56,737 nucleotides of DNA, from positions 1-56,737 of the forward strand of contig JAJONN010000008.1 of assembly GCA_021323455.1 (NCBI GenBank). Direction: 5' to 3'. Shown in pieces: positions 46,371-56,525 of the stretch. Each line of letters begins with the position of its first letter. Within the stretch, counting starts at the first letter, position 1. The stretch is from Alphaproteobacteria bacterium (GTDB taxonomy: Bacteria > Pseudomonadota > Alphaproteobacteria > Paracaedibacterales > VGCI01). A program made the position numbers and the translations under genes. Under the pieces are notes generated by a model. It saw nothing but the letters and a program-made list of their open reading frames with translations, searched no databases and was not told the origin of the DNA.

Positions 46371-47021
46371 ATGTTGTTTTTTTTAGACACAGCAGATGTG
46401 ACTGAAGTTAAGGCGCTGGCTGAAACAGGCATGATAGACGGGATAACAACCAACCCTTCGCTGGCCGCTTCTTCAGGCATCCCTTTTCCTCAGCTCATTG
46501 CCCAAATGTGTGCGCTGGTTGAGGGGCCAGTCAGCGCGGAAGTAATGGCACCTGATGCCGCTACCATGGTCACCCAGGGACGTCAACTGGCCAAAATCTC
46601 TAAAAACGTCACCATCAAGGTCCCCCTCACTGTTGAAGGATTGAAAGCTTGCCAAACCTTAAGCCATGAAGAAATTATGGTCAATGTAACGTTATGCTTC
46701 AGCGCAACACAAGCTCTTCTGGCGGCAAAGGCGGGCGCAGCATTCATCTCTCCTTTTATTGGCCGACTGGATGATATCAGCCAAAGCGGAATGGAACTCA
46801 TCAAAGATATTCGCCTCATCTATGATACCTATGGATTTGAAACAGCTGTTTTAGCTGCCTCCATCCGCCACCCAATGCATATCGTAGAAGCGGCAAAGGC
46901 TGGCGCAGATGCCGCAACAATGCCCCCTAAAGTTTTACGCCAGCTTTATCAGCATCCCTTGACGGATTTGGGCCTTGAGAATTTCCTCAAAGACTGGAAT
47001 AAGAGCGGCTTGTCAATTTAA
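46371..47021 (+). CDS. Transaldolase type 3B / fructose-6-phosphate aldolase family
   Basis: The 216 aa protein has FFLDTAD, the GITTNPS motif and the Schiff-base Lys context (TIKVP). Confidence 0.92.
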   Translation: MLFFLDTADVTEVKALAETGMIDGITTNPSLAASSGIPFPQLIAQMCALVEGPVSAEVMAPDAATMVTQGRQLAKISKNVTIKVPLTVEGLKACQTLSHEEIMVNVTLCFSATQALLAAKAGAAFISPFIGRLDDISQSGMELIKDIRLIYDTYGFETAVLAASIRHPMHIVEAAKAGADAATMPPKVLRQLYQHPLTDLGLENFLKDWNKSGLSI

Positions 47022-47102
47022 AAACCAACAGGTTTTTGCAAAAAAAGGGATTGTTTTCTTGCCGTCATTCATGAACAATAAATTTTAGGTTATTTTTATT
47101 GA

Positions 47103-48020
47103 ATGAAGGAGACTGTCGTGATTTGGAAAGAAAAACTCGCCCTTGGATTGTTGGCTACCCTATTCGCAACGTCGGCTATTTTGGCCGAAAATGTAGGAAC
47201 AGACAAGCCTGAAGCCATCTCATCTCAGGTGAATGATTCAAATCGTCATACAACCAATGAAACACCCTCACAACCATCCGAAGCAAAGGAAGCAGACGTT
47301 AAATTAGAAGGACTTTCCGTCGCCATCAAAGGTAACGAAACAGCCGGAAGCATGAACGATGCTCAACTCGAAAAAAAATTAACGGATATTTTGAATAAAA
47401 ACCCTGACATTATTGTGGCCGCGTTGCAAAAGTTTAATCAAAACCAGCAGCGTGCCCAACAGGAAAAATTAAAAGCTTCTCTGATGAAATATCAAGGCGA
47501 GATTTCAAAGGAATCCAGTGCCGTTGTTCTGGGTAAAAAAGATGCCGACGTTAAGCTCGTGGTTTGGTTAGACCCGAACTGCCCTCACTGCCGATCTTTT
47601 TCCCAAGCTCTTCAGAAAGCGCACGAAAGTTTCCCTAATGTCGCCATTATTATACGGCATTGGGCTATCCTAGGCAAAGATTCTGAAGAGGTTATCCGAG
47701 GCTTATGGGCCATCAAACAGCAAGGGGCAGATCACTTTAACGCTGCCACAAAGGCCATTGCATCCAGTGAAGAACGGTATACGTTCGCCAAATTGCTTTC
47801 GTGGGCCAAAGACCGCAAGCTGGATGTTGCAAAAGTTGAAGCCGATTCAGAATCACAGGCAACAAAAGATACGGTTGCCGAAACCAGAAAACTAGCGAAT
47901 GACATTGGCCTTGAAGGAACGCCAACGAGCTTGTTAATTGACAAAAAGGGCATCCGTCTTGTTGTCCCAACAGACGAAAAGAGCCTGGAAAGCATATTAA
48001 CGGCGGCCTCCAAGGCATAA
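47103..48020 (+). CDS. Periplasmic DsbA-family thiol:disulfide oxidoreductase
   Basis: It has a signal peptide, the CPHC active site (DPNCPHCRSF) and a thioredoxin-like C-terminal half (GTPTSLL). Confidence 0.8.
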   Translation: MKETVVIWKEKLALGLLATLFATSAILAENVGTDKPEAISSQVNDSNRHTTNETPSQPSEAKEADVKLEGLSVAIKGNETAGSMNDAQLEKKLTDILNKNPDIIVAALQKFNQNQQRAQQEKLKASLMKYQGEISKESSAVVLGKKDADVKLVVWLDPNCPHCRSFSQALQKAHESFPNVAIIIRHWAILGKDSEEVIRGLWAIKQQGADHFNAATKAIASSEERYTFAKLLSWAKDRKLDVAKVEADSESQATKDTVAETRKLANDIGLEGTPTSLLIDKKGIRLVVPTDEKSLESILTAASKA

Positions 48021-48047
48021 TCCAAAAAATTATAAGCCCGATAAGCG

Positions 48048-48085
48048 CCAGGGATCTTCATTCTGATCCCTGGATTCATTTTTGT
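48048..48085 (+). terminator. Rho-independent terminator
   Basis: A perfect 9-bp stem pairs CCAGGGATC (48048-48056) with GATCCCTGG (48065-48073). ATTCATTTTTGTTT follows. Confidence 0.75.
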
Positions 48086-48200
48086 TTCATCCGAGACCAA
48101 GATGGCGTAAAAAGGAGCTATGACAAACCCAATGGTCAAATCTGATGAATTCAGTTAAATTTAACGGGGCATTGAGACTATAGAATCTAGAGGGTTAACG

Positions 48201-49028
48201 ATGGCAACAGGTCAAAAACCATACATCATTGTGTTGGGTAATGAAAAAGGCGGTACGGGCAAATCAACTGTTGCCATGCATATTATTGTAAATCTCCTCC
48301 GAAACGGACATTCTGTTGGTTCCATAGATGTTGACGCTCGCCAAGGCACCCTGTCCCGTTACGTTGAAAACCGCCGTATTCGCCGAGAAAAGACAGAGGA
48401 AAATTTGCCTCTGCCTGACCATACCCCTATATTCCGCAGCAATCTGGAGTCCGTTCCTGCAGCAGAGGCGGAAGAAATGGCAGCTTTCGGCGAGGCCTTG
48501 GGCCGCTTGAGCAGCTATGATTTTATCGTGATTGACACGCCTGGAAGCGACACATACCTCTCCCGCCTGGCTCATTCTTATGCAGACTCACTCATTACGC
48601 CCCTCAATGACAGCTTTATTGATTTGGACATGCTGGTGCGTGTGAATGCAGATTCACTTGATATTTTGCGTCCCAGCACCTATTCCGAAATGGTTTGGGA
48701 CCAAAAGAAACATCGCGCTATGCGGGATAACGGCTCTATTGACTGGATTGTGCTGCGGAACCGGTTAAGTAGCATCAATTCCCGCAATAAAGAAGAAATG
48801 GAGCGCGTCCTGGCAGCCCTCGCAAAACGTATCGGGTTCCGTCTAGTTGCCGGCTTTGGGGAACGCGTTATTTTCCGTGAATTGTTTTTAAATGGCTTGA
48901 CGCTTCTTGACATGAAAGAAAGCAACACAGCCCTAACCCTGTCGCATGTTGCAGCCAAGCAAGAGCTGGCTTCCCTGATGGCGATGGTGCAGTTGCCCTA
49001 TAACGCCTTAAAAGCCAGGGTGGCTTAA
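48201..49028 (+). CDS. mipZ: Division-plane positioning ATPase MipZ (ParA/MinD superfamily)
   Basis: It has the deviant Walker A GNEKGGTGKST. Full-length similarity to Caulobacter MipZ is recalled (IDVDARQGTLSRYVENRR, DTPG, NDSFID.DML, WVVLRNRL, RVIFRELF). Confidence 0.85.
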   Translation: MATGQKPYIIVLGNEKGGTGKSTVAMHIIVNLLRNGHSVGSIDVDARQGTLSRYVENRRIRREKTEENLPLPDHTPIFRSNLESVPAAEAEEMAAFGEALGRLSSYDFIVIDTPGSDTYLSRLAHSYADSLITPLNDSFIDLDMLVRVNADSLDILRPSTYSEMVWDQKKHRAMRDNGSIDWIVLRNRLSSINSRNKEEMERVLAALAKRIGFRLVAGFGERVIFRELFLNGLTLLDMKESNTALTLSHVAAKQELASLMAMVQLPYNALKARVA

Positions 49029-50488
49029 GGCTCTTTGAAATCCATTTGAATCGGCCATGGTTCCTTGGCATGGATAACCAGTTTATAGTCTGCAGAACGG
49101 TTGTTTGCTGTTAAACGAGAAGAAGGAAGCGCGCGTATGTAAAAACCCTTGAGCGCATTGGTACCGGGCTTGACGCATCCGGAACCTGCTTGAATATGAT
49201 ACCATGACTTATCTCCGAGAAATTTCTTTTCTCGGACGTCAAAATCAACATCTTTGTCAAGCACCCACCCATTCTGCTCCTTCTTGTATAATGACCAACA
49301 ATGTTCAAAATAGTGGGTTGAAATATCAATATTAAATAAGACAGGTTTTTTTGAATCAAAGCGAATGCCTGTTACTTCTTTAAGGAGCGTATCTGCTTCT
49401 TTTTTCTTCAGGTTTCCCTGTTCATCGGTCGAAAAACTTTTCCAAAGGGGCTTGTCGATGGGCCCTTTAGGTCCCATACCGCGAAGCCCCCAACGGCCCC
49501 GGAATTGTATCCAAGGAGTTTTCTCATTGATAAGCTCCACATTATTCCATGTCCGCCAAGAAACTTTCCCCTTTGCGACCAAATCGCCGTCACTCGTGGG
49601 CAAAGGCCCTTGTGGACTCGGATAGGAACCATGACCGAATTTTGCTGAATAAATAATGGGATGGGTTCCTAGAAACTGCAGGGTACTTGGCTCATCAGCC
49701 TTCAAATGTTCCCCTCTGTCCCGACCATGCCGGGATAAATACACAGATACAACTTTCCATAGATTATCAACTTTTTGATTATTATCCTTTTGGATAAATA
49801 CCATGATACTTTCCCAATCTCCTTCATGGATTCCCAAGGGACCACGTCCCCCAATGCTTAAAGGCGCAAAAGGTCCATTATATGCATAGCAAAACCAATA
49901 TTGGAGGGCTACTTGATCAGGCCCTTGATAAATAACTTTGCAATAAACGGGGGCAGGGGAGGTCTGGTCACCCTTATTAATGGGCATCCCTTCATAAGTT
50001 TTCCGATCTCCCATCAGGTCAAGAATGACCTCCTGCTTATCAGGCTGGTCGTCCTTTGAATCTTTCCAGGTAATAAGATCTTGTTCTTTCACTTGTCCTT
50101 TTTCTATCAATTGACGTACTTTGGCAGATTTTACAATGGGTTTAACCGGACCCATGCCGTACTCTTTTTCAGGCTCTATTGCCTTAACAAGTTGCGCGTT
50201 TTTCAAAAACCACTCAACAGAGCAAGGAAAATACTTTTCATCCGGGTGAAAATAGACAAGAGGCGCAAAGCGTTTGGCCAGCTCGAAAGATTCTTTGGCT
50301 CGACCCTTAAATTGATCTCTCGGATTGCCTTGGGGTTGAAAGGAAGAATCAGATAGTGAAGGATCCTTTTTAACCGGCCTCAATTGTTGAAGCCGTGCTT
50401 GGAGCTCTTTTGGATCCAAATATCCGTTTGATGAACCACACACGCCTAATATGAGCAGAATTGCAATCCATATAGATCGAAACATCAC
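49025..50488 (-). CDS. Secreted Vps62/DUF946-like protein
   Basis: It has a signal peptide. The family hallmarks are recalled from eukaryotic Vps62/DUF946: FAPLVYFHPDEKYFPCSVEWFL, LQYWFCYAYNGPF, GIHEGDWESIMVFI, VYLSRHGR and HPIIYSAKFGHGSYP. Confidence 0.6.
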   Translation of the reverse strand: MMFRSIWIAILLILGVCGSSNGYLDPKELQARLQQLRPVKKDPSLSDSSFQPQGNPRDQFKGRAKESFELAKRFAPLVYFHPDEKYFPCSVEWFLKNAQLVKAIEPEKEYGMGPVKPIVKSAKVRQLIEKGQVKEQDLITWKDSKDDQPDKQEVILDLMGDRKTYEGMPINKGDQTSPAPVYCKVIYQGPDQVALQYWFCYAYNGPFAPLSIGGRGPLGIHEGDWESIMVFIQKDNNQKVDNLWKVVSVYLSRHGRDRGEHLKADEPSTLQFLGTHPIIYSAKFGHGSYPSPQGPLPTSDGDLVAKGKVSWRTWNNVELINEKTPWIQFRGRWGLRGMGPKGPIDKPLWKSFSTDEQGNLKKKEADTLLKEVTGIRFDSKKPVLFNIDISTHYFEHCWSLYKKEQNGWVLDKDVDFDVREKKFLGDKSWYHIQAGSGCVKPGTNALKGFYIRALPSSRLTANNRSADYKLVIHAKEPWPIQMDFKEP

Positions 50489-50712
50489 AAGCTCCTTGAT
50501 AAATAAAATACCATTGTTTTCAAAATATCAATAACTTGGTTAATATACACTTAACATCGGCTACAATGGGACAGAAGCTGAATAACCCCTTGATTCTTTT
50601 GAGGACGAAAGCGTATAGTGATGGCGAACTCATAATAATAAAATGGGTCCCCTTGCCCGCAGGCTGTGGGCTGTGGCTTGAATTTCCAAGCCATTAACCA
50701 TAAGGAGGAATT

Positions 50713-51180
50713 ATGAACTATTACGAAACTGTCTTTATTGCACGTCAGGATTTGACGAATGCGCAAGTTGAAGCGATGGCCAATACCTTTACTCAAGTGA
50801 TTAAAACCCATGAAGGTGAGGTCAGCAAGACCGAGTTCTGTGGTTTGCGGAACTTGGCTTACAAAATCAAGAAAAATAAAAAAGGCCACTACGTCTTGAT
50901 GAACATTTCTTGTGCGCCTGCTGGCATCACAGAAATGGAACGTCAAATGAAATTAAGTGAAGATATTTTACGTCACTTAACGATACGCGTTGAAACTTTA
51001 GACCCAAATCCTTCTAAATTGATGCAACGCGCTTATAGTGATGACCGATACCGTGGTTTCGACGAGGACCAGGATGACACATCAGAAGGACGTCAGACCC
51101 AGGAACGCCAATATGCCGACAAGCCTTCCCGCCCGCGGTTCCAGGCAGAGCAAAGTGAAGTTGAAGGAGAATCTCTATGA
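50713..51180 (+). CDS. rpsF: 30S ribosomal protein S6
   Basis: It starts [13 protein letters not shown] and has an acidic C-terminal tail. Confidence 0.97.
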   Translation: MNYYETVFIARQDLTNAQVEAMANTFTQVIKTHEGEVSKTEFCGLRNLAYKIKKNKKGHYVLMNISCAPAGITEMERQMKLSEDILRHLTIRVETLDPNPSKLMQRAYSDDRYRGFDEDQDDTSEGRQTQERQYADKPSRPRFQAEQSEVEGESL

Positions 51181-51443
51181 GTAACTATGAATCCACCGCC
51201 GAAGATATGGGGGCGCCCGTTCGCCGCCAGTTTTTCCGTCGTCGTAAAACTTGCCCTTTTTCGGGAGAAAATGCGCTCACGATTGATTACAAAGATGTCC
51301 GCTTGTTAGGGCGCTTTGTTTCTGAACGGGGCAAGATTATTCCAAGCCGCATCAGTGCGGTTTCTATGAAAAAACAGCGTGAGCTGACCGTTGCTATCAA
51401 GCGGGCGCGTTTTTTAGCCTTGATGCCGTTTGTGACTGACTAA
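51177..51443 (+). CDS. rpsR: 30S ribosomal protein S18
   Basis: It has the FRRRKTCPF...IDYKDVRLL...[12 protein letters not shown] signature. Its start overlaps the rpsF stop by 4 nt. Confidence 0.97.
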   Translation: MSNYESTAEDMGAPVRRQFFRRRKTCPFSGENALTIDYKDVRLLGRFVSERGKIIPSRISAVSMKKQRELTVAIKRARFLALMPFVTD

Positions 51444-51576
51444 ATCTCGAAAAGAACCTTCCAACGTCATGTTAATTGCGAGCTTCCCCCTTTTCTTAAG
51501 GGCAAAAGCTTGCAGTTCATGCCTGAAGAAACCGTGTTTAGGTATAGATTAAGGCCGATGTCAGCATGAGAGTTCC

Positions 51577-52473
51577 ATGAGTACGAACCGTATTGGCCAT
51601 CTTGACCCGAACCTTATTGCAGTTTGCGGTGGCGCCTTAAGCGCTGCTTTAGCTCTTTTTCCTCTAAAATTCAGCATCATCTCATTTTTAATAACTTATT
51701 TTGCTGCCCTTCCCTTGTTTTTTGTCGGATTATGTTGGGGATTTTATCGTCTGCTTCTTGGCGCTCTTGTTGCTTTTGGCATTTTCTCAGCAAGGGCGGG
51801 GATGCACGCTGGGCTTGTTTTTTTGATCACCACCCTTGCGCCTGCTTTTCTCATTGTCTACCGCTTTCAAAAAGGGGACCCGGCTGGCTATATTGTTTCA
51901 TGGGTTACAGGGTTAACAATTGCGATTTTTCTGGGTGTTCTTCTTGTTTTATCTGCCTACTCCGTTAATGTCTTGGATCTCTTGCGCTCTTGGTTCTCTT
52001 TTTTTGCAGATGAACAAGCTTTTAGAAATTTACATGAACAGATTATTCCTTTACTGCCAGGCATTTCTTCTATTTCTTGGATAATAATGTGCCTTGTAAA
52101 TGCGTCACTGGCCCAGCGATTGGCCGTAAAGGGCCATCTTACGCAGCGCCCTTACCCCCTTCCCCAAGATAGTCAACTCTATGAAAATTGGGATCTTGTT
52201 TTAGCGGCCGGTTTATTGCTCATATTGACAGATATCTCTTTGTTTGCTTTTATGGGAAAGAATATTGCCTTGATGAGCTGCGTTCCCCTATTCTTAGTGG
52301 GGCTAAAAGTCGTTTATGCCTGGCTAAAACAATTTGACAATCCAAAGTTTTGGGTGGCAGGGGTCATCTTCATGTCGATTTTTCTTGTATGGCCAGCGAT
52401 GTTTATAGTAATGTTTGGGATTTTAGAACCAACGGCACGTCTGAGCCAAAGATGGACGCCCAATAAAAGTTGA
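51577..52473 (+). CDS. DUF2232-type polytopic membrane protein
   Basis: It is a multi-pass membrane protein in the rpsR-rplI position that I recall as usual in alphaproteobacteria. Confidence 0.65.
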   Translation: MSTNRIGHLDPNLIAVCGGALSAALALFPLKFSIISFLITYFAALPLFFVGLCWGFYRLLLGALVAFGIFSARAGMHAGLVFLITTLAPAFLIVYRFQKGDPAGYIVSWVTGLTIAIFLGVLLVLSAYSVNVLDLLRSWFSFFADEQAFRNLHEQIIPLLPGISSISWIIMCLVNASLAQRLAVKGHLTQRPYPLPQDSQLYENWDLVLAAGLLLILTDISLFAFMGKNIALMSCVPLFLVGLKVVYAWLKQFDNPKFWVAGVIFMSIFLVWPAMFIVMFGILEPTARLSQRWTPNKS

Positions 52474-52511
52474 TTTAAGTAAAAACTGGATAGATTGAGG
52501 GGAGATTTAAG

Positions 52512-53135
52512 ATGCAGGTCATCTTACTAGAAAGAGTTGAAAAATTAGGTCAAATGGGCCAAGTCGTTACGGTTAAAGCAGGATATGCGCGTAACTTTTT
52601 ATTACCAAAAAAGAAAGCCTTGCGGGCGACAAAGCAAAATTTGGGCTTCTTTGAAGACAAACGCCTTGAGCTAGAGGCGAGCAACTTGAAACGTAAGTCT
52701 GAAGCTGAAGTTGTTGCTAAAAAAATGGACAATGCCATGATCAGCTTGATTCGCCAGGCGAGCGAGATGGGACACTTGTATGGGTCTGTCCGTTCTGCTG
52801 ATATCGTCCAAGGTTTGGGGGAAGTCGGATTTTCTGTTTCTCGTGGACAAGTTCAAATTGATGTTCCCATTAAGTATTTAGGGATGCATCAAGTGCGCGT
52901 CCTCTTACATCCGGAAGTTTCCATTATTGTGAACGTAAACGTTGCACAGTCCGAAGAAGAAGCCGCCGTTCAAGCAGCAGCCCAGAGCAAGGCTGAAGGA
53001 GCGCCTGTTCATGAAGCTGAAGCAGCTTTTGGTGGCAAAGAGGAAGCCGGTTCTGATAAAAAGAAGAGCGAGCCATCTAAAGAAGCCAACCCAAAGATGA
53101 ATCCTAAAACAAAAGAAAAAGCCTCAGCTGAATAA
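52512..53135 (+). CDS. rplI: 50S ribosomal protein L9 (with Ala/Lys/Glu-rich C-terminal extension)
   Basis: The N-terminus is MQVILLERVEKLGQMGQVVTVKAGYARNFLLP. Confidence 0.95.
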   Translation: MQVILLERVEKLGQMGQVVTVKAGYARNFLLPKKKALRATKQNLGFFEDKRLELEASNLKRKSEAEVVAKKMDNAMISLIRQASEMGHLYGSVRSADIVQGLGEVGFSVSRGQVQIDVPIKYLGMHQVRVLLHPEVSIIVNVNVAQSEEEAAVQAAAQSKAEGAPVHEAEAAFGGKEEAGSDKKKSEPSKEANPKMNPKTKEKASAE

Positions 53136-53209
53136 GTCACAGTAGCGCCTTTCATAGCCATACTGAAGTCGGCCATAAAGCGAGGCTTTTAGCTTCTTTC
53201 ATAGAGTCG

Positions 53210-53240
53210 TTGCGAGGCCGAAGACCCTAGCAATCTTTTT
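53210..53240 (+). terminator. Rho-independent terminator after rplI
   Basis: The stem TTGCGAGG (53210-53217) pairs with CCTAGCAA (53226-53233) at 7 of 8 positions. TCTTTTT follows. Confidence 0.55.
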
Positions 53241-53345
53241 CACGCTCTTCACGATGATGGAATAGGGGAAGATCATTGGTTAAGAGAGAGCGCCCCTTCC
53301 CTATCCTGCTTATGGTTATGCTGTCATAAAAAGAAATATTATTCT

Positions 53346-54323
53346 ATGAAAAAACCCTTCGTGATTAGGCTAACAGTCGATGATAGCGATGGCATGCGCC
53401 TTGACCGCTGGTTGCGTAAACGCTATCCGACCTTGACCCAAGGGGTTATTGAGAAGTTGTTGCGGCTTGGAAAAATCCGTATTGAAGGAAAGAAAGTTGG
53501 TTCCGGAGCGCGAATTTCTGTGGGCCAAATGATTGAGGTGCCTGATACCATTGATAGGGCCATTCCTAAACCAGCGGAACCAAAAAGCAAGCCCACCACA
53601 CCTTTGACGCAAGAAGATGAAGCATACCTTGAATCGATGGTTTTGTGGGAGGATGAGGAGGTCTTGGTTCTCAACAAATCTTTTGGGCTTGCCACACAAG
53701 GGGGCAGTAAAATCGTCCGTCATTTGGATGGATTGCTGAATGCTTATGGCGTCCGGAAGGGCGTACGCTACCACCTTGTCCATCGACTAGACCGAGATAC
53801 CAGCGGGGTCTTTCTGGTTGCCAAAACCAGTGATATGGCCACTTTTCTGGGAGAAGCTTTCCGTCAGGGCAATATTAAAAAGATTTACTGGGCTATTGTT
53901 GTCGGTCAACCCAGACCAGGCCAAGGTGTCATCAATGCGCCTCTTTTAAAAGGGGGAGATGGCAACCAGGAAAAAGTTGCCGTAAACAAAGCCGGAAAGA
54001 CGGCCATAACCAGTTACCGCACAATCCAGGGGCTGCAAAAGCGTGGCATTACGCAATTTGCATGGCTGGAACTTGCTCCCCAGACAGGCCGTACCCACCA
54101 ACTCCGGGTCCATGCAACGCACATAGGACATCCCATTCTGGGGGATGGGAAGTATGGAGGACAAGCTGCCACAGCCGCCAGCCGTCAACTTCACCTTCAT
54201 GCCCGGGCCATTACGTTTCCAGACCGCTCAACCGGAACCCCTCTCACCTTCATAGCCCCACCCCCACCCCATATGGAGGCGACATTTAAGGACTGTAAGG
54301 TTGACTGGGAACGGATGGTTTAG
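53346..54323 (+). CDS. RluA-family 23S rRNA pseudouridine synthase (RluC/RluD type, N-terminal S4 domain)
   Basis: It has an S4-like N-terminus (RLDRWLRKRYP), the catalytic HRLDRDTSGVF and the TGRTHQLRVH motif. Confidence 0.9.
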   Translation: MKKPFVIRLTVDDSDGMRLDRWLRKRYPTLTQGVIEKLLRLGKIRIEGKKVGSGARISVGQMIEVPDTIDRAIPKPAEPKSKPTTPLTQEDEAYLESMVLWEDEEVLVLNKSFGLATQGGSKIVRHLDGLLNAYGVRKGVRYHLVHRLDRDTSGVFLVAKTSDMATFLGEAFRQGNIKKIYWAIVVGQPRPGQGVINAPLLKGGDGNQEKVAVNKAGKTAITSYRTIQGLQKRGITQFAWLELAPQTGRTHQLRVHATHIGHPILGDGKYGGQAATAASRQLHLHARAITFPDRSTGTPLTFIAPPPPHMEATFKDCKVDWERMV

Positions 54324-54339
54324 GTTATATTTCCGTTCT

Positions 54340-56365
54340 TTAAACCTTTTCTCGGTACCCTAACCGATAGAGATAGCAAGCAACCGCAGCAAATGTCACG
54401 ACACTCAAGGTTGTGGCCGTTTCCTTAAAGGAAGGTCCAACAAGGGCCAAAATGGTTGTGCTTTGGTAGACGGCAAAGGGAATCGCCAATATAATCCCGA
54501 CTAAGGCGTCTCCGGCAATAAGTCCGGAAGCGAATAATAACCCTTGGCGTTCCGTACTTGCCTCAACGCGAGGGTAATTCTCCCCATGGCGGGACTGTTG
54601 GGATTTTAAGTGAAGGCGTGCAAAGAAATTGACCGTCCCCCCGATAACCAAAGGCATAATAACTTCTATTGGCAAATAAATGCCAAGGGCTACCGCCATC
54701 ACAGATAAGCGATACTCAGCTTTCATAGGCCCTAAAATACCCCGGTCAATCACAACGATCCCTAAACCAACCCCCACCCCTAAAAAGACCAAAGGCCAGT
54801 CTAGAGCATTTGAAAATACCCCTTCCGCAACAGACGCCATTAAAGTTGCCTGGGGAGCAGCCAAGGCATGGGCCGGATCCATGCCAAGACGCGGGAAGCG
54901 CCCGCCTATTCCATAAGCTTCATATAACAGTTGTAAAATAGGGGCAATAACGCAAGCGCCAGCAATGACGCCCACGATCAAGCATACTTGTTGTTTCCAG
55001 GGTGTCGCTCCCAGGATATAGCCAGCCTTTAAGTCTTGCAGGTTATCGCAACTTAAAGCGGCAGCCGTTGCCACAACGCCGCCAATCATAATAACGGTTG
55101 CGGCCAAACTGAGGGATTCTTTTGTTTCTCCTCCAAAGCTGATTTCACCCCCTAAAAGGACCAAGAGAGCTGCCGATACAGCGAGAATAGCACCGATTGT
55201 AATGCCAGATATCGGGTTTGCGGATGATCCGACAATACCAGCCATATAGCCGCCAATAGAAGCGCCAATGAATCCGATCAGCAAAGAAAACAACGTCAGA
55301 AAAGTAACGGTAATCCAGTATAAAGCAGAGGTAATTGGCAAATCTGCCGCCCCTAAAACATTATGGAAAATAATAAAGACGGGTACAGACAACGCAATAA
55401 CAAACAGTAAAACAGTTGTCATCGGAATATCATGGTCTGTACGAACCATCGTGACAGCCAGACCAAGACGGGACTTTTGAATAGCAGCAAAGGAGGAAGC
55501 TATGGCCGTACGGATCGGTCCTATGAGAGAGAACAAAGCATATAAACCGCCAAAAATCATGGTTCCAACGCCAATATAGCGCAATTTGGAAGTTCGGACA
55601 GCCATCGCCCAGTCAAAAGCAAGCCGTATACAAAGGTACGCCAATAAACCAGGCCAGGGCTGCACCAACCAACAAGTTAATAGCTACTTGCATACCGACG
55701 ATATAGCCAGCTCCCATCATGGAAAAAGTAAACCCACTGCTTAAGCCAAAAACAGCCCCACCAATGCTGAACCAACCTTGAATGCTTTCACCCAAAACAT
55801 GGAGGCCCGTCTGGCAGAATTTAAAAATACTTGCGCATAAGGCTCCGGCAGCTAAGGTACCGACACCAGTTTTGTCTTTTGAAGAAACCTGGTCTCCGGC
55901 TTTTAATACCTCAGCAGCAGCTACCCCTTCTGGGAATTTGAGTTGCTCATCAATAATGAGGGCCCGACGCAAGGGAACAGAAAAAAGAACGCCTAACCCC
56001 CCGCCAACAATAGCAATCGTTGTAATTTGCCAATAACCAAACTCTTGCCAATATCCCATAACAATAAGGGCAGGAATGGTAAAAATAATGCCACTTGCAA
56101 CGACATAACCGGCTGAAGCGATTGTTTGAACAATATTGTTTTCTAAGATATTGGATTGACGAAACATCCGTAACACGGTCATTGAAATTACAGCAGCCGG
56201 TATGGAGGCAGAAATTGTTTGCCCCATTTTTAATCCTAAATAAGCTGTCGATCCAGCCAACACAATGGCTAAGAGGATTCCCAATAAAACTGCCTTCAGT
56301 GTGGTTTCCGGCAGGGTTTTAGATGCCGATATATAGGGTTGAAAGCCCTGTTTGCTCGTTATCAT
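54340..56365 (-). pseudogene. OPT-family oligopeptide transporter, split by one frameshift
   Basis: Two colinear pieces, 55613..56365 and 54340..55668, are both polytopic. The N-terminal piece has the OPT-type start (LGLKMGQTISASIPAAVISM). The reading frame is restored by removing one base from the A4 run at 55615-55618 (TGC TTT GAC TGG = CFDW). Confidence 0.8.
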
Positions 56366-56525
56366 TGTCTTCCTTTCTTTAACATCTTAGATTACCGCTT
56401 CAAATTCTTCGCCTTGTTCCTCACAAGGTTGCGCTGTATCTGATTAAATTTTTACGTAAAATCTTTAAAAATTAACGGATTATCAACTTTTTACCTTCTA
56501 TTCTAAACTCTAGACAAGCGCCTTA

